Positions 41,235 through 52,119 are shown, counted from the first letter of the whole stretch. The stretch: DNA of 60,060 bases, filler included, from Candidatus Zhuqueibacterota bacterium (GCA_016783505.1; 3 parts of 3 records of this genome joined end to end with filler, not necessarily neighbours in it); one strand, 5' to 3'. Notes: a model not told the origin generated them from the letters alone. Numbers and translations are program-made.

Positions 41235-41765
41235 TTAATAATCCATGGGCCTTCGGGGGTCAGGGGGAGGGGGTGGGGACCGATGCTCCAACTCCCTGAT
41301 GATCTCCCGCACCCGACGGGGAAAGCGATTCTCAAATAGTACCAATCGCGCCACCTGCCAGGAGGACAGCACACCCTTTACATCCTTACGGAAAGCTTTC
41401 TTCTCCTCAAAAATTTTCATTCCCAGCTTCTCGCATTCGTCAATCACCTTTTCCAGGTCCTTATCGCTGACCTTTTCCTCTTCGGTGAGCTCCTTCAGTT
41501 TGCGGAGCTCCTTTTCCCGCGCCTGATTCAGATCCCGGATTCGGGATTCAAATTTATGATATTTTGGGAAAAATTTCTCCGCCTGCTCCTCGGTCAGTTC
41601 CAGGGCTTCGGTAAGCTTCCAGATCTTCACCGTCCGGATCCGCTCTTCGGCCCTCTTCCTTCGAAGTTGAAACCTCTCTTCGGGCTGGGAATAGAGCACG
41701 GCTGATCCCAGGGCAAAAAATAACCCCAATAGAAAAATAAGAATTAAAAGATATCTCGCTCGCAT
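41235..41765 (-). CDS. Secreted helical Spy/CpxP-like protein
   Basis: Signal peptide; LELTEEQAEKF and LSSWQ repeats; third gene of an ECF operon. Confidence 0.75.
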   Translation of the reverse strand: MRARYLLILIFLLGLFFALGSAVLYSQPEERFQLRRKRAEERIRTVKIWKLTEALELTEEQAEKFFPKYHKFESRIRDLNQAREKELRKLKELTEEEKVSDKDLEKVIDECEKLGMKIFEEKKAFRKDVKGVLSSWQVARLVLFENRFPRRVREIIRELEHRSPPPPPDPRRPMDY

Positions 41766-41781
41766 TTTCTCCTCCGCAATT

Positions 41782-42393
41782 TTAAATAATTTCTTCCTGC
41801 TCTATCTGTTTGAAAACCTCATTAAAGCGGTCCTCTTCCAGATTTCCCAAGAGGATGATGATTTCTTCATCGCCGGATGAAAATCCATTTTCTAAGGAGA
41901 CCAAGGTCTCAACGATGGGCCGTTCATCCTCGGCCAACAGGGCTTCAAAAACCTCCTTTTCTTTTCCCGATTGAACCAACAGATCGGTGAGGTCGTAGAC
42001 TTCAGTTTCCCAGGAGAAGGGGATCTCTCCGGGCGGCCCAGACCCTCCAGTGAACCGACCCATAAATGTAACCAGGGCGGCGATGAACAAGATAACCAAC
42101 CCCACCGGGACCAGTTTCGCCGCCAAGGGAAGGGTTTGGAATCCCCAGGTTTTCCCCCGCTGCTTTTCTTCCAGCCGACGCCGGAGCCGGGGCAGGTAGT
42201 TCTGCCAGAAGATCGCCCCGGGGTCGGGAACTTCGACTTTCCCAAACAGCTTTAATTGGGTCTTAAGGGATTGATAATCTTCCCGGCAGCGGGGACATCC
42301 CTTCAGATGATCCTCTACCGCCCGGCTTTCCGACTGGACAAGTTCGCCCTCAAGGAGATCAATCAAGTTGTCTTTGACCCGCTTACAATTCAT
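41782..42393 (-). CDS. zf-HC2 anti-sigma factor
   Basis: HLKGCPRC (HxxxCxxC) and one transmembrane segment. Confidence 0.88.
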   Translation of the reverse strand: MNCKRVKDNLIDLLEGELVQSESRAVEDHLKGCPRCREDYQSLKTQLKLFGKVEVPDPGAIFWQNYLPRLRRRLEEKQRGKTWGFQTLPLAAKLVPVGLVILFIAALVTFMGRFTGGSGPPGEIPFSWETEVYDLTDLLVQSGKEKEVFEALLAEDERPIVETLVSLENGFSSGDEEIIILLGNLEEDRFNEVFKQIEQEEII

Positions 42394-42410
42394 TCTTTCA
42401 CCAAAATGAA

Positions 42411-42959
42411 TTAAATTTTACTTTTCAATTCTCGTCGTAATCTATGAACCGCCTGGAAATAGTTGGCCTTCACCGTCCCCACATTCCGGCCCAGGATGGC
42501 GGCGATCTCCTTATGGTGCATATTTTCATACTGCCTCAGGATAAACACGATGCGTTGCTTTTGGGGCAGCCGGGCCACCGTCCGCTTGATCTCCTCCATA
42601 ATCTCGCCGGCGGCCATTATCTCTTCGGGGTTCTGCTCAGAAGACCCTTTCTCCACTTTCAGCTCTTCCAAGGAGAAAAATCGGGTCCAACGTTTCTTTC
42701 GATTAAAGTTAATGCAGTGGTTGACGGCAATCCGATAAAGCCAGGTGAAAAGGGCCGATTCCCTTTGAAATTTAGCCAGTCCCTTGTAGGCCCGGATAAA
42801 GACTTCCTGCGAGAGGTCCTCGGCATCCTGGGGGTTGTTCACCATTCTCAGGGTGAGAAAATATATTTTCTTTTTGTACCGGTTCACGATTTCGTTGAAG
42901 GCCCTTTCGTCCCCACCCTGAAATCTTTCCACCAGCTCGATATCCTCGGCCCTCTCCAT
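42411..42959 (-). CDS. ECF sigma factor (RpoE/SigW-like)
   Basis: DAEDLSQEVF, TWLYRIAVN and LPQKQR. Confidence 0.93.
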   Translation of the reverse strand: MERAEDIELVERFQGGDERAFNEIVNRYKKKIYFLTLRMVNNPQDAEDLSQEVFIRAYKGLAKFQRESALFTWLYRIAVNHCINFNRKKRWTRFFSLEELKVEKGSSEQNPEEIMAAGEIMEEIKRTVARLPQKQRIVFILRQYENMHHKEIAAILGRNVGTVKANYFQAVHRLRRELKSKI

Positions 42960-43487
42960 ACCCCATCCTCTTCAACCTAATAGACAGAAAAAGCGGCTAA
43001 AGGTTTAAAGGCACCCGGGAGAACTAACCGTACCCAGGCACCTTTTTTATAAAAGGTACGCCACGGTGGGGACATTCAACTTATTATTAAACGAGGAGAG
43101 CAATCCCAAAACTTCGGGAGTTTACCCCGAAACTTCGGGGTTGCATTGAAAAAGCAGGGCTTTTTCACTCCGCCATCGTTGCTAAGTGTTTAATGTGCAT
43201 GCTTATTTAGAAACTTCGTATATCTGCCTGAGTAGTTGTAATTAAAACCCAGCAGCGGGTCCGTGTCCCGGCGACCCAGTACGTAATAAAATATTCCTTC
43301 CTAATCTTTATTTCTCATCTTTGTTCCTCGGTCTTTATTCCTTCCTATCTTTAATTCTTGTTTTTCTTGTGCTTCCCATACAAAAAATCCTTCCCGGAAG
43401 GAAGGATTAAAAGATCAGGGGCTGACTGATTTTTCAAAGTGGACATTACAACTCGCCACCGCACATTAAAAACTTGCGGAATTCGGG

Positions 43488-44408
43488 CTAAAATTGAGTA
43501 CTGAAGGAAATAAGGTGTTGGCCTCCCAGTTCGCCGAAGGACTGGAAGGCATAATCGAGGATGAAACTTCGAAAGAGAAAGCCCGTTCCCACCGTCAGTC
43601 CTCCGAAGCGGGAGGTGCGGGTGCCCACGTCCAGGTCCTGGGCCCGTGAGAGGCCATACCCCAGCCGGAGTCGGAGATTATCGGTGAGGGTAAATTCCCC
43701 CCCGAAGTTGCAGCGCAGGCCGGCATCGGAATGCTGGTTAACCTCCCCGTTCAAAAGCATGGGCAGATGGGCCAGCCGCTTGGCAAAACCCACCCCATAG
43801 GTCAAGGGCAAATCCTCTTTGGTGTCCACAAAGGCCTTCTTAACCCTGCCCAGATTGAAAACCCCGACCCCGACATCCAGCCCCTCCATGGCGGTGTGAT
43901 AGATTCCCCCCAGGTCAAAGGCGTAGGCCGTTGATGTATAGGATTCTATTTTCGACTGAACCCATTTAACGGTAAAGCCCAAAAGTATGTCCTCCCCGGC
44001 CTTGGTACCGTAGGCAAAGCTCAGTGCCATGTCCTGGGCCCCGAAATCCGGAGAGGGATTGCCGTCCTCGTCGAAGCCCTCAAAATCCCCGTAGTCCTGA
44101 TACTGGACGGCTATTCCAATAGTTCCCCATCCCGGCCGGTTTTCCCCGTAGGCAACAAATCCTGAGGTGAAATCCAAAAGCAGGTTTCCCAGGGTAGCGG
44201 AGACTACCCGTCCTTCGATCTCTGCCAGCCCAGCCGGGTTGTAATGAATGCTGTAAATGTCGCCGGGAATAGCTAATTGCGCCCCAGCTAAAGCCGCCCC
44301 CCGGGCGCTGACATCGCTGCGAAGAAACCCATACCCCACCGTGCCTTGGGAAATCCCCAGGTTAACGCTAATGGCCAACAAGGTGAAGCCAAGAAAAATT
44401 TTCTTCAT
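43488..44408 (-). CDS. PorV/PorQ (UPF0164) family outer-membrane beta-barrel
   Basis: SARGAALAG and YNPAGL; alternating beta strands; C-terminal Phe. Confidence 0.8.
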   Translation of the reverse strand: MKKIFLGFTLLAISVNLGISQGTVGYGFLRSDVSARGAALAGAQLAIPGDIYSIHYNPAGLAEIEGRVVSATLGNLLLDFTSGFVAYGENRPGWGTIGIAVQYQDYGDFEGFDEDGNPSPDFGAQDMALSFAYGTKAGEDILLGFTVKWVQSKIESYTSTAYAFDLGGIYHTAMEGLDVGVGVFNLGRVKKAFVDTKEDLPLTYGVGFAKRLAHLPMLLNGEVNQHSDAGLRCNFGGEFTLTDNLRLRLGYGLSRAQDLDVGTRTSRFGGLTVGTGFLFRSFILDYAFQSFGELGGQHLISFSTQF

Positions 44409-44713
44409 TGCCTCCCAACGGTGATTTTAATCACACCTTTCAATATACGAACTTTTGGGAAAAAATCAAGGGTAAAATTCTAAATTATTGATCTTTTTTC
44501 ACCAAATTGTTTTGAGTGAAATAGATAGGTATAGTAATCTCCTTTTTGTAGATAATGATCACGGTACATGATTGAGAAACGGATATTAAAAAAACGCTGA
44601 TAGCTTTCCGACAATTTATGGAAAAGGAGTAACCCCGAAACGATTGATTTTCCGACACCCCATTATTGTCCGAAAGTCCCGTTTCGAAACTTCGGTGTCG
44701 GGACATTTTGGAC

Positions 44714-45268
44714 CTACTGATTCACATACAGAAGTTCCCTTTCCAGAACTAACCGGACAATATCATTTAAATCATTATTTCGGGAAAGCTCATCGGTTCG
44801 AAAAACCCTTCGGGTGGCGGATACGATCTTAGGCTCCCCGGTGAGGCCGGGGACAAAATTGAGGAGCCGTACATCCCGTTGGGAACGCCTCTTTCTTGAG
44901 GATAGTATGGTAATAATGGGCAAAATGTCGTTCGCCGCCGGCGTAAACGGCATCCCATTGAATCGGAATATCAAGCGGTGGTCTTCCCCCAATCGAATGT
45001 CCCCCAGGATCTTGGTTCGTTTGGGAAAATAGGGCCTCTCGATCTTCCTGGGAAAATTAAGGGAAATGTCGTACCCTCCTCGTCGGTTCAAATCGCGCAC
45101 GTTCTCCTGAAAAAGCCTGATCACCCCCCGGGCCTGTTTCTCCCAGATCCTCGTTTCCAAGCGAATCTCCTTTGATACCCACGCCTGCCGGCGCTGCTTC
45201 TCCTTCAATTTGCTCAGAAGATTGATGATCCAATCTGAATGCGTTATGGGTTGTGGGTTCTGCCTCAT
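44714..45268 (-). CDS. Hypothetical basic protein
   Basis: 184-aa open frame; no motif recognised. Confidence 0.5.
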   Translation of the reverse strand: MRQNPQPITHSDWIINLLSKLKEKQRRQAWVSKEIRLETRIWEKQARGVIRLFQENVRDLNRRGGYDISLNFPRKIERPYFPKRTKILGDIRLGEDHRLIFRFNGMPFTPAANDILPIITILSSRKRRSQRDVRLLNFVPGLTGEPKIVSATRRVFRTDELSRNNDLNDIVRLVLERELLYVNQ

Positions 45269-45491
45269 AAGTTATGTTTAAACTATTGTATTTTTCAATG
45301 ATGTAGAGTTTTGGAGTGCATCGTTCATCTAATAATCGTATATCGTTTATCCCGAAGCTTCGGATAGCCTGTATCGAAGCCCGGTTTTGCCGAATACCGA
45401 ATGCCGTTACCGAAAACCGATACGGGCGGCGTCACCGATAAACCAGTTACGATTGTAGTCTGATTAATTTTTACAATAATTTAGTTATGTA

Positions 45492-46112
45492 TTAATGAGC
45501 ACGAACAATCTCTTTAACCTTCATCAGTCGGGTGAGGTTGGAGCGCTCCAGCTCACTCAGTTTGTCGCCTATGAACCTGATGGTCTCCTCTAAGCTTGGT
45601 ATCAGAATATATTCAAGGGCGTTCACCCGGCGCCTGGTGGTCTCCAGCTCAGCGGCGAGTAGTTGCAGGGATTTTTCCCTCTCCGCCATCTTGATCATCA
45701 GGGGCAATACCCCATAAAAAATTCCCAGGGCCAGATCCAGATTTCCTGAAGTGTCCGCGAATCCGTAGGAGAACTGGCCATCCTGCCATTCTAACTTAAA
45801 TTCGGGAATCCTTAAATTCATAACCGGCAGCACGGAGACCTTAAGCTGTGCCTTTTTCTGGGAAAAGGACAGGGCCCCTTCCAGGATCTCCCTGTCCATT
45901 TCAAAGCGAGCGGACAGAAAAGCCCGGTATCCCTCGCTCAGCTTCTCCTCTACCTCTCCCCTCAGTTCCCTGGTCTCTTTTACCAGGGCCAGGAATCTAC
46001 GCATCAGCTCCTCTTGTTTGTCCTTCAGGAGCTTATGCCCCCTTCGGGCAAAGGCCAGCCTCCTCCGCAGACGGAGCATCTCCATTCGGTTAGGATTGAC
46101 CCTCAATCTCAT
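45492..46112 (-). CDS. ntpD: V/A-type ATP synthase subunit D
   Basis: RGHKLLKDK and TRRRVNALE. Confidence 0.95.
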   Translation of the reverse strand: MRLRVNPNRMEMLRLRRRLAFARRGHKLLKDKQEELMRRFLALVKETRELRGEVEEKLSEGYRAFLSARFEMDREILEGALSFSQKKAQLKVSVLPVMNLRIPEFKLEWQDGQFSYGFADTSGNLDLALGIFYGVLPLMIKMAEREKSLQLLAAELETTRRRVNALEYILIPSLEETIRFIGDKLSELERSNLTRLMKVKEIVRAH

Positions 46113-46216
46113 AATCCGTCTTCCCAGATTTTAATGATATTCATTGATAAATCCGAAATTCGAAGGTTCGGGATCGTGATTCGGATTTTTCAATGTCCTC
46201 TGTTTTGCAACGAAGT

Positions 46217-46283
46217 CTCAAACGTAAAGCTCAGCCGCCGTGGCCGCGGAGCGGACACGGTCGGCTGAAGCGATAAGTTAGGG
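46217..46283 (-). other. attC site 1
   Basis: Minus strand CCCTAAC..CTTCAGCCGACCG..CGGCGGCTGAG..GTTTGAG imperfect palindrome, 8 nt after a stop codon. Confidence 0.85.
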
Positions 46284-46291
46284 AATTCAAA

Positions 46292-46648
46292 TTAATCTTT
46301 ACCCCGCAAACGTATCTTTAAAATTGTTTGCGGGAGATGCCCCGTAATACCTGCTATAGCTACTAATGATAAAAATATCAATAATGCAGAAATTCCTACG
46401 CTAATTTTCGATAAATCACCGATGCTGTTTATAATCTTGTAGATAAAATAAATACTTAACCACCCAATTGCTGAACCAATAAAATTAAACCAAAATTGAA
46501 ATAGACCCGATATAAATAACCATTCCCACGTAGATTTATTTTTCAAGCCCTCAGAAGGCGTTTTAAAATCAAGATATGATTTACTTAAGGCTCTTATCGC
46601 AAAATATAACGTAGTAAATATACTTACGACAATAAACGTCATCTTCAT
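46292..46648 (-). CDS. Cassette-borne hypothetical membrane protein
   Basis: Three hydrophobic segments; cassette ends GTTAGGCAATT / AATTCCCTAAC. Confidence 0.75.
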   Translation of the reverse strand: MKMTFIVVSIFTTLYFAIRALSKSYLDFKTPSEGLKNKSTWEWLFISGLFQFWFNFIGSAIGWLSIYFIYKIINSIGDLSKISVGISALLIFLSLVAIAGITGHLPQTILKIRLRGKD

Positions 46649-46689
46649 ACTTAGCACCTCTGTTTAAGGATTATATGAAATACGAAATT

Positions 46690-46764
46690 GCCTAACGCTC
46701 CGCATAACCGGCTGGCAATGGAGCGCAGCGGAATTGCCAGTCCGAGTTGATGCGGTTGTTAGCT
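46690..46764 (-). other. attC site 2
   Basis: Minus strand AGCTAAC..CTGGCAAT..ATTGCCAG..GTTAGGC with canonical R boxes. Confidence 0.9.
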
Positions 46765-46774
46765 GCAAATATGC

Positions 46775-47302
46775 TTAGCTTAAACTATTAGCTACAAAGT
46801 CTTGGTATTCAGTAAATAGTTCCCAGGTTTCAACATAACCAAAGAACTTCAATTCTAAATGCTTGCCATCCATTGAGGCATCAATTGTTCTGCCTTTCCA
46901 AGAGACAGGCAGAAGGCTCTTGTCATATTTCTTAAATTCAAACCTGAAATTATGAGAAAGACAGTTCCTAATCATTCGTGCAAATTGATACCATGATTCT
47001 GCTTTGAATGCAGAATCCTGTTTCGTCTTATCGCAATAATTCTTGATAAGCTCAAAAGACTCCTTGATAAGAGCTCGAATCTGCGAAGTAAGAAATTCCT
47101 TAATCGCGATATCACGGTCAGCAGATTTCATCAGAAGATTCTTGACCTGTTTGAATTCAACCGTGTAGGTTCCAAATTTGGCGTGGCTCTCTTCCAAAAT
47201 TGGATAGACCTTTTCGTTTGAAAAAAGAGAAATTGCCGCCAGCCCAAGAATGTAGTTGTTCTTGGCATTCTCCAACTGACTCATAAGTTCCTTTTTTGTC
47301 AT
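46775..47302 (-). CDS. Cassette-borne HEPN-like protein
   Basis: RNCLSH (RxxxxH); cassette ends GTTAGCTGCA / TGCAGCTAAC match 10/10. Confidence 0.7.
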   Translation of the reverse strand: MTKKELMSQLENAKNNYILGLAAISLFSNEKVYPILEESHAKFGTYTVEFKQVKNLLMKSADRDIAIKEFLTSQIRALIKESFELIKNYCDKTKQDSAFKAESWYQFARMIRNCLSHNFRFEFKKYDKSLLPVSWKGRTIDASMDGKHLELKFFGYVETWELFTEYQDFVANSLS

Positions 47303-47326
47303 ATGCACTCCGAACTATTTTTGTGC

Positions 47327-47370
47327 AGCTAACATATAATAGACGGCCGAAATGCCGTGTTATAACACTG
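47327..47370 (-). other. attI-like site heading the B-D array
   Basis: Minus strand GGCCGTCTATTATAT-GTTAGCT: a cassette start with no attC hairpin upstream. Confidence 0.55.
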
Positions 47371-47528
47371 CGTTTAGGCCTTATAAAAACCATTTATTAA
47401 CTTGGGTTTCATAATAAAAATCCTAATGTTATGAACAATGATTGTTTTTTTTAGACTGCAACTTTCCCAGTCTAACAATTATGGTGCTTCTCTGTTTTTG
47501 ATCATCTGTTTGATTTTCCAAAACTGTA

Positions 47529-48905
47529 TTAAGCCTTTTCCTTCATATACTTTTTGATATGTTCATCTTTGACCCGTTTAAGCTCTTCCCTGGGCAGAAG
47601 CCCCAGCAGTTCCCAGCCCAGGTTTAGGGTTTCCTCAATCGTTCGATTTTCATCAAGGGTCTGTTGAACGTATCTTCTCTCAAACTCTTCGGAAAATTTA
47701 AGGAGGGCCCGGTCGGTCTCGGTGAGGGCCGCTTCCCCAAGGATCACCTTCAGCTCCTCAGCCTCCTTTCCCCTGGCATAGGCGGCAAAGAGCTGATTGG
47801 AAAGCCCGGCGTGATCCTCCCGGGTTTTGCCTTCTCCGATGCCCCTATCCCTGAGCCGAGAAAGGGAGGGTAAGACATTGATGGGGGGATAGATCCCCTT
47901 CCGCTGAAGGGCCCGATCGAGAATGATCTGTCCCTCGGTGATGTATCCGGTGAGGTCGGGGATAGGATGGGTCTTATCATCCTCGGGCATGGAAAGGACG
48001 GGGATCTGGGTTATGGATCCCTTTTTCCCCTGAATACGCCCGGCTCGTTCATAGACCGTAGCCAGATCGGTGTAAAGGTAGCCCGGGTAGCCCCGCCTGC
48101 CCGGGACCTCTTTTCTGGCGGCTGAAATCTCCCTTAGGGCCTCGCAGTAGTTGGTCATATCGGTGAGTATGACCAGGACGTGCATGTCCTTATCAAAGGC
48201 CAGATATTCAGCGGTGGTCAGGGCCAGCCGGGGGGTGGCCAGGCGTTCAATGGCCGGGTCGTCGGCTAAATTTACGAAGAGCACCGCCCGGTCAATGGCG
48301 CCGGTGCGCTTAAAGTCAGTTATGAAATAATTGGCCTCCTCAAAGGTGATCCCCATGGCCCCAAAGACCACAGCGAATTTCTCCTCTTTGCCTAATACGG
48401 TGGCCTGCCTGGCAATTTGGGCCGCCAGTTCCGGGTGGGGCAGGCCGAAGCCGGAGAAGATGGGAAGCTTCTGTCCCCTTACCAAAGTATTAAGCCCATC
48501 AATGGCCGAGATCCCGGTCTGAATAAATTCCGAGGGATAATCCCGGGCGTAGGGATTGGTGGGATTGCCGCTGATGTCGAGGCGCTTTTCAGGGATAATC
48601 CTCGGGCCCCCGTCAATGGGATGCCCCATTCCGTCGAAGACCCGGCCCAGCATATCCAGGGAGACCCCCAGTTCGATCCCCTTGCCCATAAATCTTATCC
48701 GGCTTTTATAGACATCAACGCCGCTGGAGCCCTCAAAGAGCTGAACCAGGGCCTTATCATAGTGTACCTCTAAAACCTTTCCCCGACGTATTTCCCCGGT
48801 GGGCATCTCCAATTCCACCAACTCATCGAACTTTACCCCTTCCACACCCCCCACCAACACCAGGGGTCCCACGATCTCCTCTACGGTCAAATACTCTTTA
48901 GCCAT
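47529..48905 (-). CDS. ntpB: V/A-type ATP synthase subunit B
   Basis: [18 protein letters not shown] and [11 protein letters not shown]. Confidence 0.96.
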   Translation of the reverse strand: MAKEYLTVEEIVGPLVLVGGVEGVKFDELVELEMPTGEIRRGKVLEVHYDKALVQLFEGSSGVDVYKSRIRFMGKGIELGVSLDMLGRVFDGMGHPIDGGPRIIPEKRLDISGNPTNPYARDYPSEFIQTGISAIDGLNTLVRGQKLPIFSGFGLPHPELAAQIARQATVLGKEEKFAVVFGAMGITFEEANYFITDFKRTGAIDRAVLFVNLADDPAIERLATPRLALTTAEYLAFDKDMHVLVILTDMTNYCEALREISAARKEVPGRRGYPGYLYTDLATVYERAGRIQGKKGSITQIPVLSMPEDDKTHPIPDLTGYITEGQIILDRALQRKGIYPPINVLPSLSRLRDRGIGEGKTREDHAGLSNQLFAAYARGKEAEELKVILGEAALTETDRALLKFSEEFERRYVQQTLDENRTIEETLNLGWELLGLLPREELKRVKDEHIKKYMKEKA

Positions 48906-48923
48906 TTAATTCTCCTGGTTTCA

Positions 48924-49015
48924 CCTGTCTGTATCAGCATAAAAAAAGGTTTTGCGAAGTAAAAATCTAGGTGAGCCCTGATCTATTGGAACGAACCTTT
49001 TATGCTGGGTCATTG
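48924..49015 (-). other. Degenerate attC site 3
   Basis: Minus strand CAATGAC-CAGCATAAAAGGTTCG..TTTTATGCTG; same family as site 4; R' box lost. Confidence 0.7.
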
Positions 49016-50346
49016 GAAGTTACTGTAATATTACTTTTTTTTTGCACTCTATAAAGCGTTGTGTATGGCTCACGCCAACTCTCACCATAAACTTCATTCA
49101 CTTTATCCAAATGTTCCCTGGGGGCTCTTAATTCTATATCATTCAAATAATTTAAAAATTCATCTTTTATGTTTTGTGAGAAAACCTTTGTTCCATAATC
49201 AATGGCATCGTGTAAGGGTTGTTCATTTAAATACGTTTGGCATTCGTTATCTATGAACATGGCATTGCAATATGGTAATAAGACTGATATAATTTCAATA
49301 TCATTAGCCATTCCTTGATTTGGTGGTTTCTTTCTGCCGGTGGCAGCTTTACGTGCTAATGCTGCATACAACATGGAAGAAATTTTAATAAATGGGACAT
49401 CTTTTAGAGAAGAAGAATCCAGATATTCAACGGTCTTCGGCCATATATCTGAATCCTGGATGCCAGCCTTTCTAAAAGCGTCGTGTATTGAATGGATAAA
49501 AACAATAGACGACGGAGGGAATATGTCATTCGCTGTTAGCTCAACATGCCCTATGGATATTTCTGCGGATTTTTTTAGATAATTTAAGTATATTTGTAAA
49601 GTTACCCTACCAAATGCCATACTTTCTTTTTCAAACCAGTAATCAAAAGTTTTATTTCTTTCAGATTGCCATTGCTTAAAAAGTTTACTTAATCCTTTAT
49701 GCATTTCTTCTCTGTTTTTACGGAGCTCATCTATCCAATCTAAACCATATTGTATATTCACTGAGATAATTAATCTATCTTGCCAAGCATTGATATTTCC
49801 ATTAACTACGGTATGCACGTCTAAATTTAATGCCTTATCCGCCTTCCCAGAAATCCAATTTATTGCATGTTCGTATATCTGAAATCTTTTGATGGTTTCA
49901 TGATCGTAAAACCTGACATCATGAGATAGTAGTTCATACATCCGCTTTAAAGGTTTAAAATATGGTGACAAAAGAGACTCATCAGTGTGAAACCCTGAAT
50001 CAGGACATGTGATAAGCTGCAATTTACAAAGGCTATCTAACCTTTCAAAAAGCCTTACCCAAAATTCATCTAATGTTCCTTTCTTGTATGGTTTCGTTTG
50101 AGGGTTAAGCGCTTTCATCATGTTGCTAATCGCAAATTGGTCAACATAAACAACCTTCTTGTTTAATTCTGGAAGGGGATAGCTTGATGCGGGTTCAGTT
50201 CCACGTGGGAAGAAGCAGTCTTTACATCTTCTACAATAATGATGGTTGCAAATCATTAGAATGCCAAAGCTCTTTTTTCCGCATTTTGGACATTTAATGT
50301 ATGGTGGAGAGATAAATGTTCTTGGATCAAAATTAATAGTTTTCAT
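49000..50346 (-). CDS. Cassette-borne hypothetical protein with a Zn ribbon and a PIN-like domain
   Basis: CPKC..CKDC; VYVDQ..NDIE..FIDN acidic pattern; AT-rich. Confidence 0.6.
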   Translation of the reverse strand: MKTINFDPRTFISPPYIKCPKCGKKSFGILMICNHHYCRRCKDCFFPRGTEPASSYPLPELNKKVVYVDQFAISNMMKALNPQTKPYKKGTLDEFWVRLFERLDSLCKLQLITCPDSGFHTDESLLSPYFKPLKRMYELLSHDVRFYDHETIKRFQIYEHAINWISGKADKALNLDVHTVVNGNINAWQDRLIISVNIQYGLDWIDELRKNREEMHKGLSKLFKQWQSERNKTFDYWFEKESMAFGRVTLQIYLNYLKKSAEISIGHVELTANDIFPPSSIVFIHSIHDAFRKAGIQDSDIWPKTVEYLDSSSLKDVPFIKISSMLYAALARKAATGRKKPPNQGMANDIEIISVLLPYCNAMFIDNECQTYLNEQPLHDAIDYGTKVFSQNIKDEFLNYLNDIELRAPREHLDKVNEVYGESWREPYTTLYRVQKKSNITVTSNDPA

Positions 50347-50383
50347 TTTGGTTTCAACATCCTTTATCTATCAGAGCAATTTT

Positions 50384-50474
50384 CAATAATGTTTCCAGCA
50401 TAAAAGAAGTTTTTACTAAGCAAAAATTTTGGGGTGAGTGCCGTAAGGCACGAACCTTTTATGCTGTGTTAACC
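50384..50474 (-). other. attC site 4 (R' GTT changed to ATT)
   Basis: Minus strand GGTTAAC-aCAGCATAAAAG..CTTTTATGCTG-gaaac-ATTATTG. Confidence 0.8.
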
Positions 50475-50500
50475 GATGCGGCCGCTGATTTTCATTTAAG

Positions 50501-51166
50501 TCATTTAAGATATTCACTAGCAAATCTCTGTACCCATTTGACCATATCCTTAACATCCAACTCGGTAAATTGCTCAAACTTAGCATGATCAGCATTATTC
50601 CGAATATCTGCTTTGGCAGTAATTTCCTTCTGCGTAAGCTTATTGTATGCTCCATCCCTTGCTAAAGAAGTATTGAGTGCGTCTATTTTAGTCTTTTTGG
50701 GATAGGGTATATTCCGTTGATCACACATTTTCCGTAGCGTATCTTCCAGGACCGCCCCTGTGAGAGATGCAGCTGGAACATAATACCCTTCATTGAGCAG
50801 TGTTTCGGCTTGTTCTATAAAACTACCAAGTAGATCTGCTCTTATCATAGCCCGTATATCAAATAGAAAATCCTCTGAGAAGTCACGGTATGCCGCTTCT
50901 AACACTCCATAACATTGATGGTAATAAAAACTACTGCCGGATGCACGCTTATCTTCAGCCAAACGCCTCATTTGCTGATAATGTTCGCTTTCTTCACCAC
51001 AAGTTCGCTTAATGAGATTTAAACTTTCGGTGCGGAATCGTAGATAGTCAACATCCGATGGATGCCTATCCCACTGCCTTCCATCCCAACCACATTCCTG
51101 AAAGACTCTCTTCCCTTCTGCCAAAAGCTTTTCAAACTTTTCTTTGATTTTCTCATTCATGCCCAT
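50501..51166 (-). CDS. Cassette-borne HEPN/DUF4145-like protein
   Basis: AASLTGAVLEDTLR and RNNADH (RxxxxH); cassette ends match 16/19. Confidence 0.75.
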   Translation of the reverse strand: MGMNEKIKEKFEKLLAEGKRVFQECGWDGRQWDRHPSDVDYLRFRTESLNLIKRTCGEESEHYQQMRRLAEDKRASGSSFYYHQCYGVLEAAYRDFSEDFLFDIRAMIRADLLGSFIEQAETLLNEGYYVPAASLTGAVLEDTLRKMCDQRNIPYPKKTKIDALNTSLARDGAYNKLTQKEITAKADIRNNADHAKFEQFTELDVKDMVKWVQRFASEYLK

Positions 51167-51195
51167 TTAATACTCCTTGTTTTAGCGGCCATTTC

Positions 51196-51330
51196 GGTTA
51201 ACTTAAAACAACCGAAATACTTCGTTTACCCTTTTAGATAGTATCCCATTAGATAATAAATATCTAACAGGACAGAGCATCTAACGAAGTATATGCTCCA
51301 AATTAATTTATTTTACAAAACCCAACTGAG
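51196..51330 (-). repeat. attI-like module A
   Basis: Two GTTAGAT direct repeats, then GTAAACGAA..TTTTAA-GTTAACC; paralogous to modules B and C. Confidence 0.65.
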
Positions 51331-51338
51331 TGGATATT

Positions 51339-51917
51339 TTAGCTTGACTTCGGTCTTTTAAAAGATCTTAGGCCTAAAAGCTCATACATATTTTGTTCCA
51401 TTAGCATTTTTAATAATTCTATATTCTTTAACCCTTTTTGTAAAGCATTCTCATAAGTAATATCGAAGTTTCCCTTTTTTAGGGAATTCCAGCTCATATT
51501 ATATTTCTTACTGCTAAGAAGGGAAAAATTCTCCTCTGAAATATCATCTCGATCTAACTTAAACAATTGTCTTATCCGAAAATTATCTCCCAACCTCAAA
51601 ATAATAAGTTCATTAAAGATTTGCCGCTCAACTTTATCCTTAGATAACCAACAGCCAACAGGATTACTTTCTGATTTTCTAATAGTTTTTACTTCAATCT
51701 TCTTCCCAGTCTTAGGGTCAATACAATCAAATCCTTTTTCAGATGGGTTAGTATTTATTTTATAATTAAAAAGAATGGAAACATACCATTCACCAATTTC
51801 TGGAATAACCTTTCTCGTTCGAACGATTTTAAGCTCTTTTAGTCTTTCTTCGATTTTATTATACTTATCAAGAAGGGAGAGCACAACTTTTATCTTTCGA
51901 AATCTATCGTCTTTCAT
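51339..51917 (-). CDS. PD-(D/E)xK nuclease-like protein
   Basis: EIGEW and GFDCID..KIEVKT; very AT-rich. Confidence 0.65.
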   Translation of the reverse strand: MKDDRFRKIKVVLSLLDKYNKIEERLKELKIVRTRKVIPEIGEWYVSILFNYKINTNPSEKGFDCIDPKTGKKIEVKTIRKSESNPVGCWLSKDKVERQIFNELIILRLGDNFRIRQLFKLDRDDISEENFSLLSSKKYNMSWNSLKKGNFDITYENALQKGLKNIELLKMLMEQNMYELLGLRSFKRPKSS

Positions 51918-51957
51918 GAATTTGCCCTATTGCAATTAATAAACTTCGGGCTTTTCC

Positions 51958-52092
51958 GCTTAAATTAAAATAACCGTAATAGTTCGTTTACTCTATTATA
52001 TAGCTAGCATCTAACGGGGTTTATGCTCTCATATTGATATACCCGCCTGCCGAAGTCCCGGGACGGCGGGCAGGTTTTGCGAAACCCAACTG
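51958..52092 (-). repeat. attI-like module B, with a GC-rich palindrome inserted
   Basis: Shares ttaaaa.aaccg.aata.ttcgtttac, gcatctaacg..gt.tatgctc and aaacccaactga with module A. Confidence 0.65.
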
Positions 52093-52119
52093 ATAGGAAT
52101 AAATTCCTATCCTAATTTA

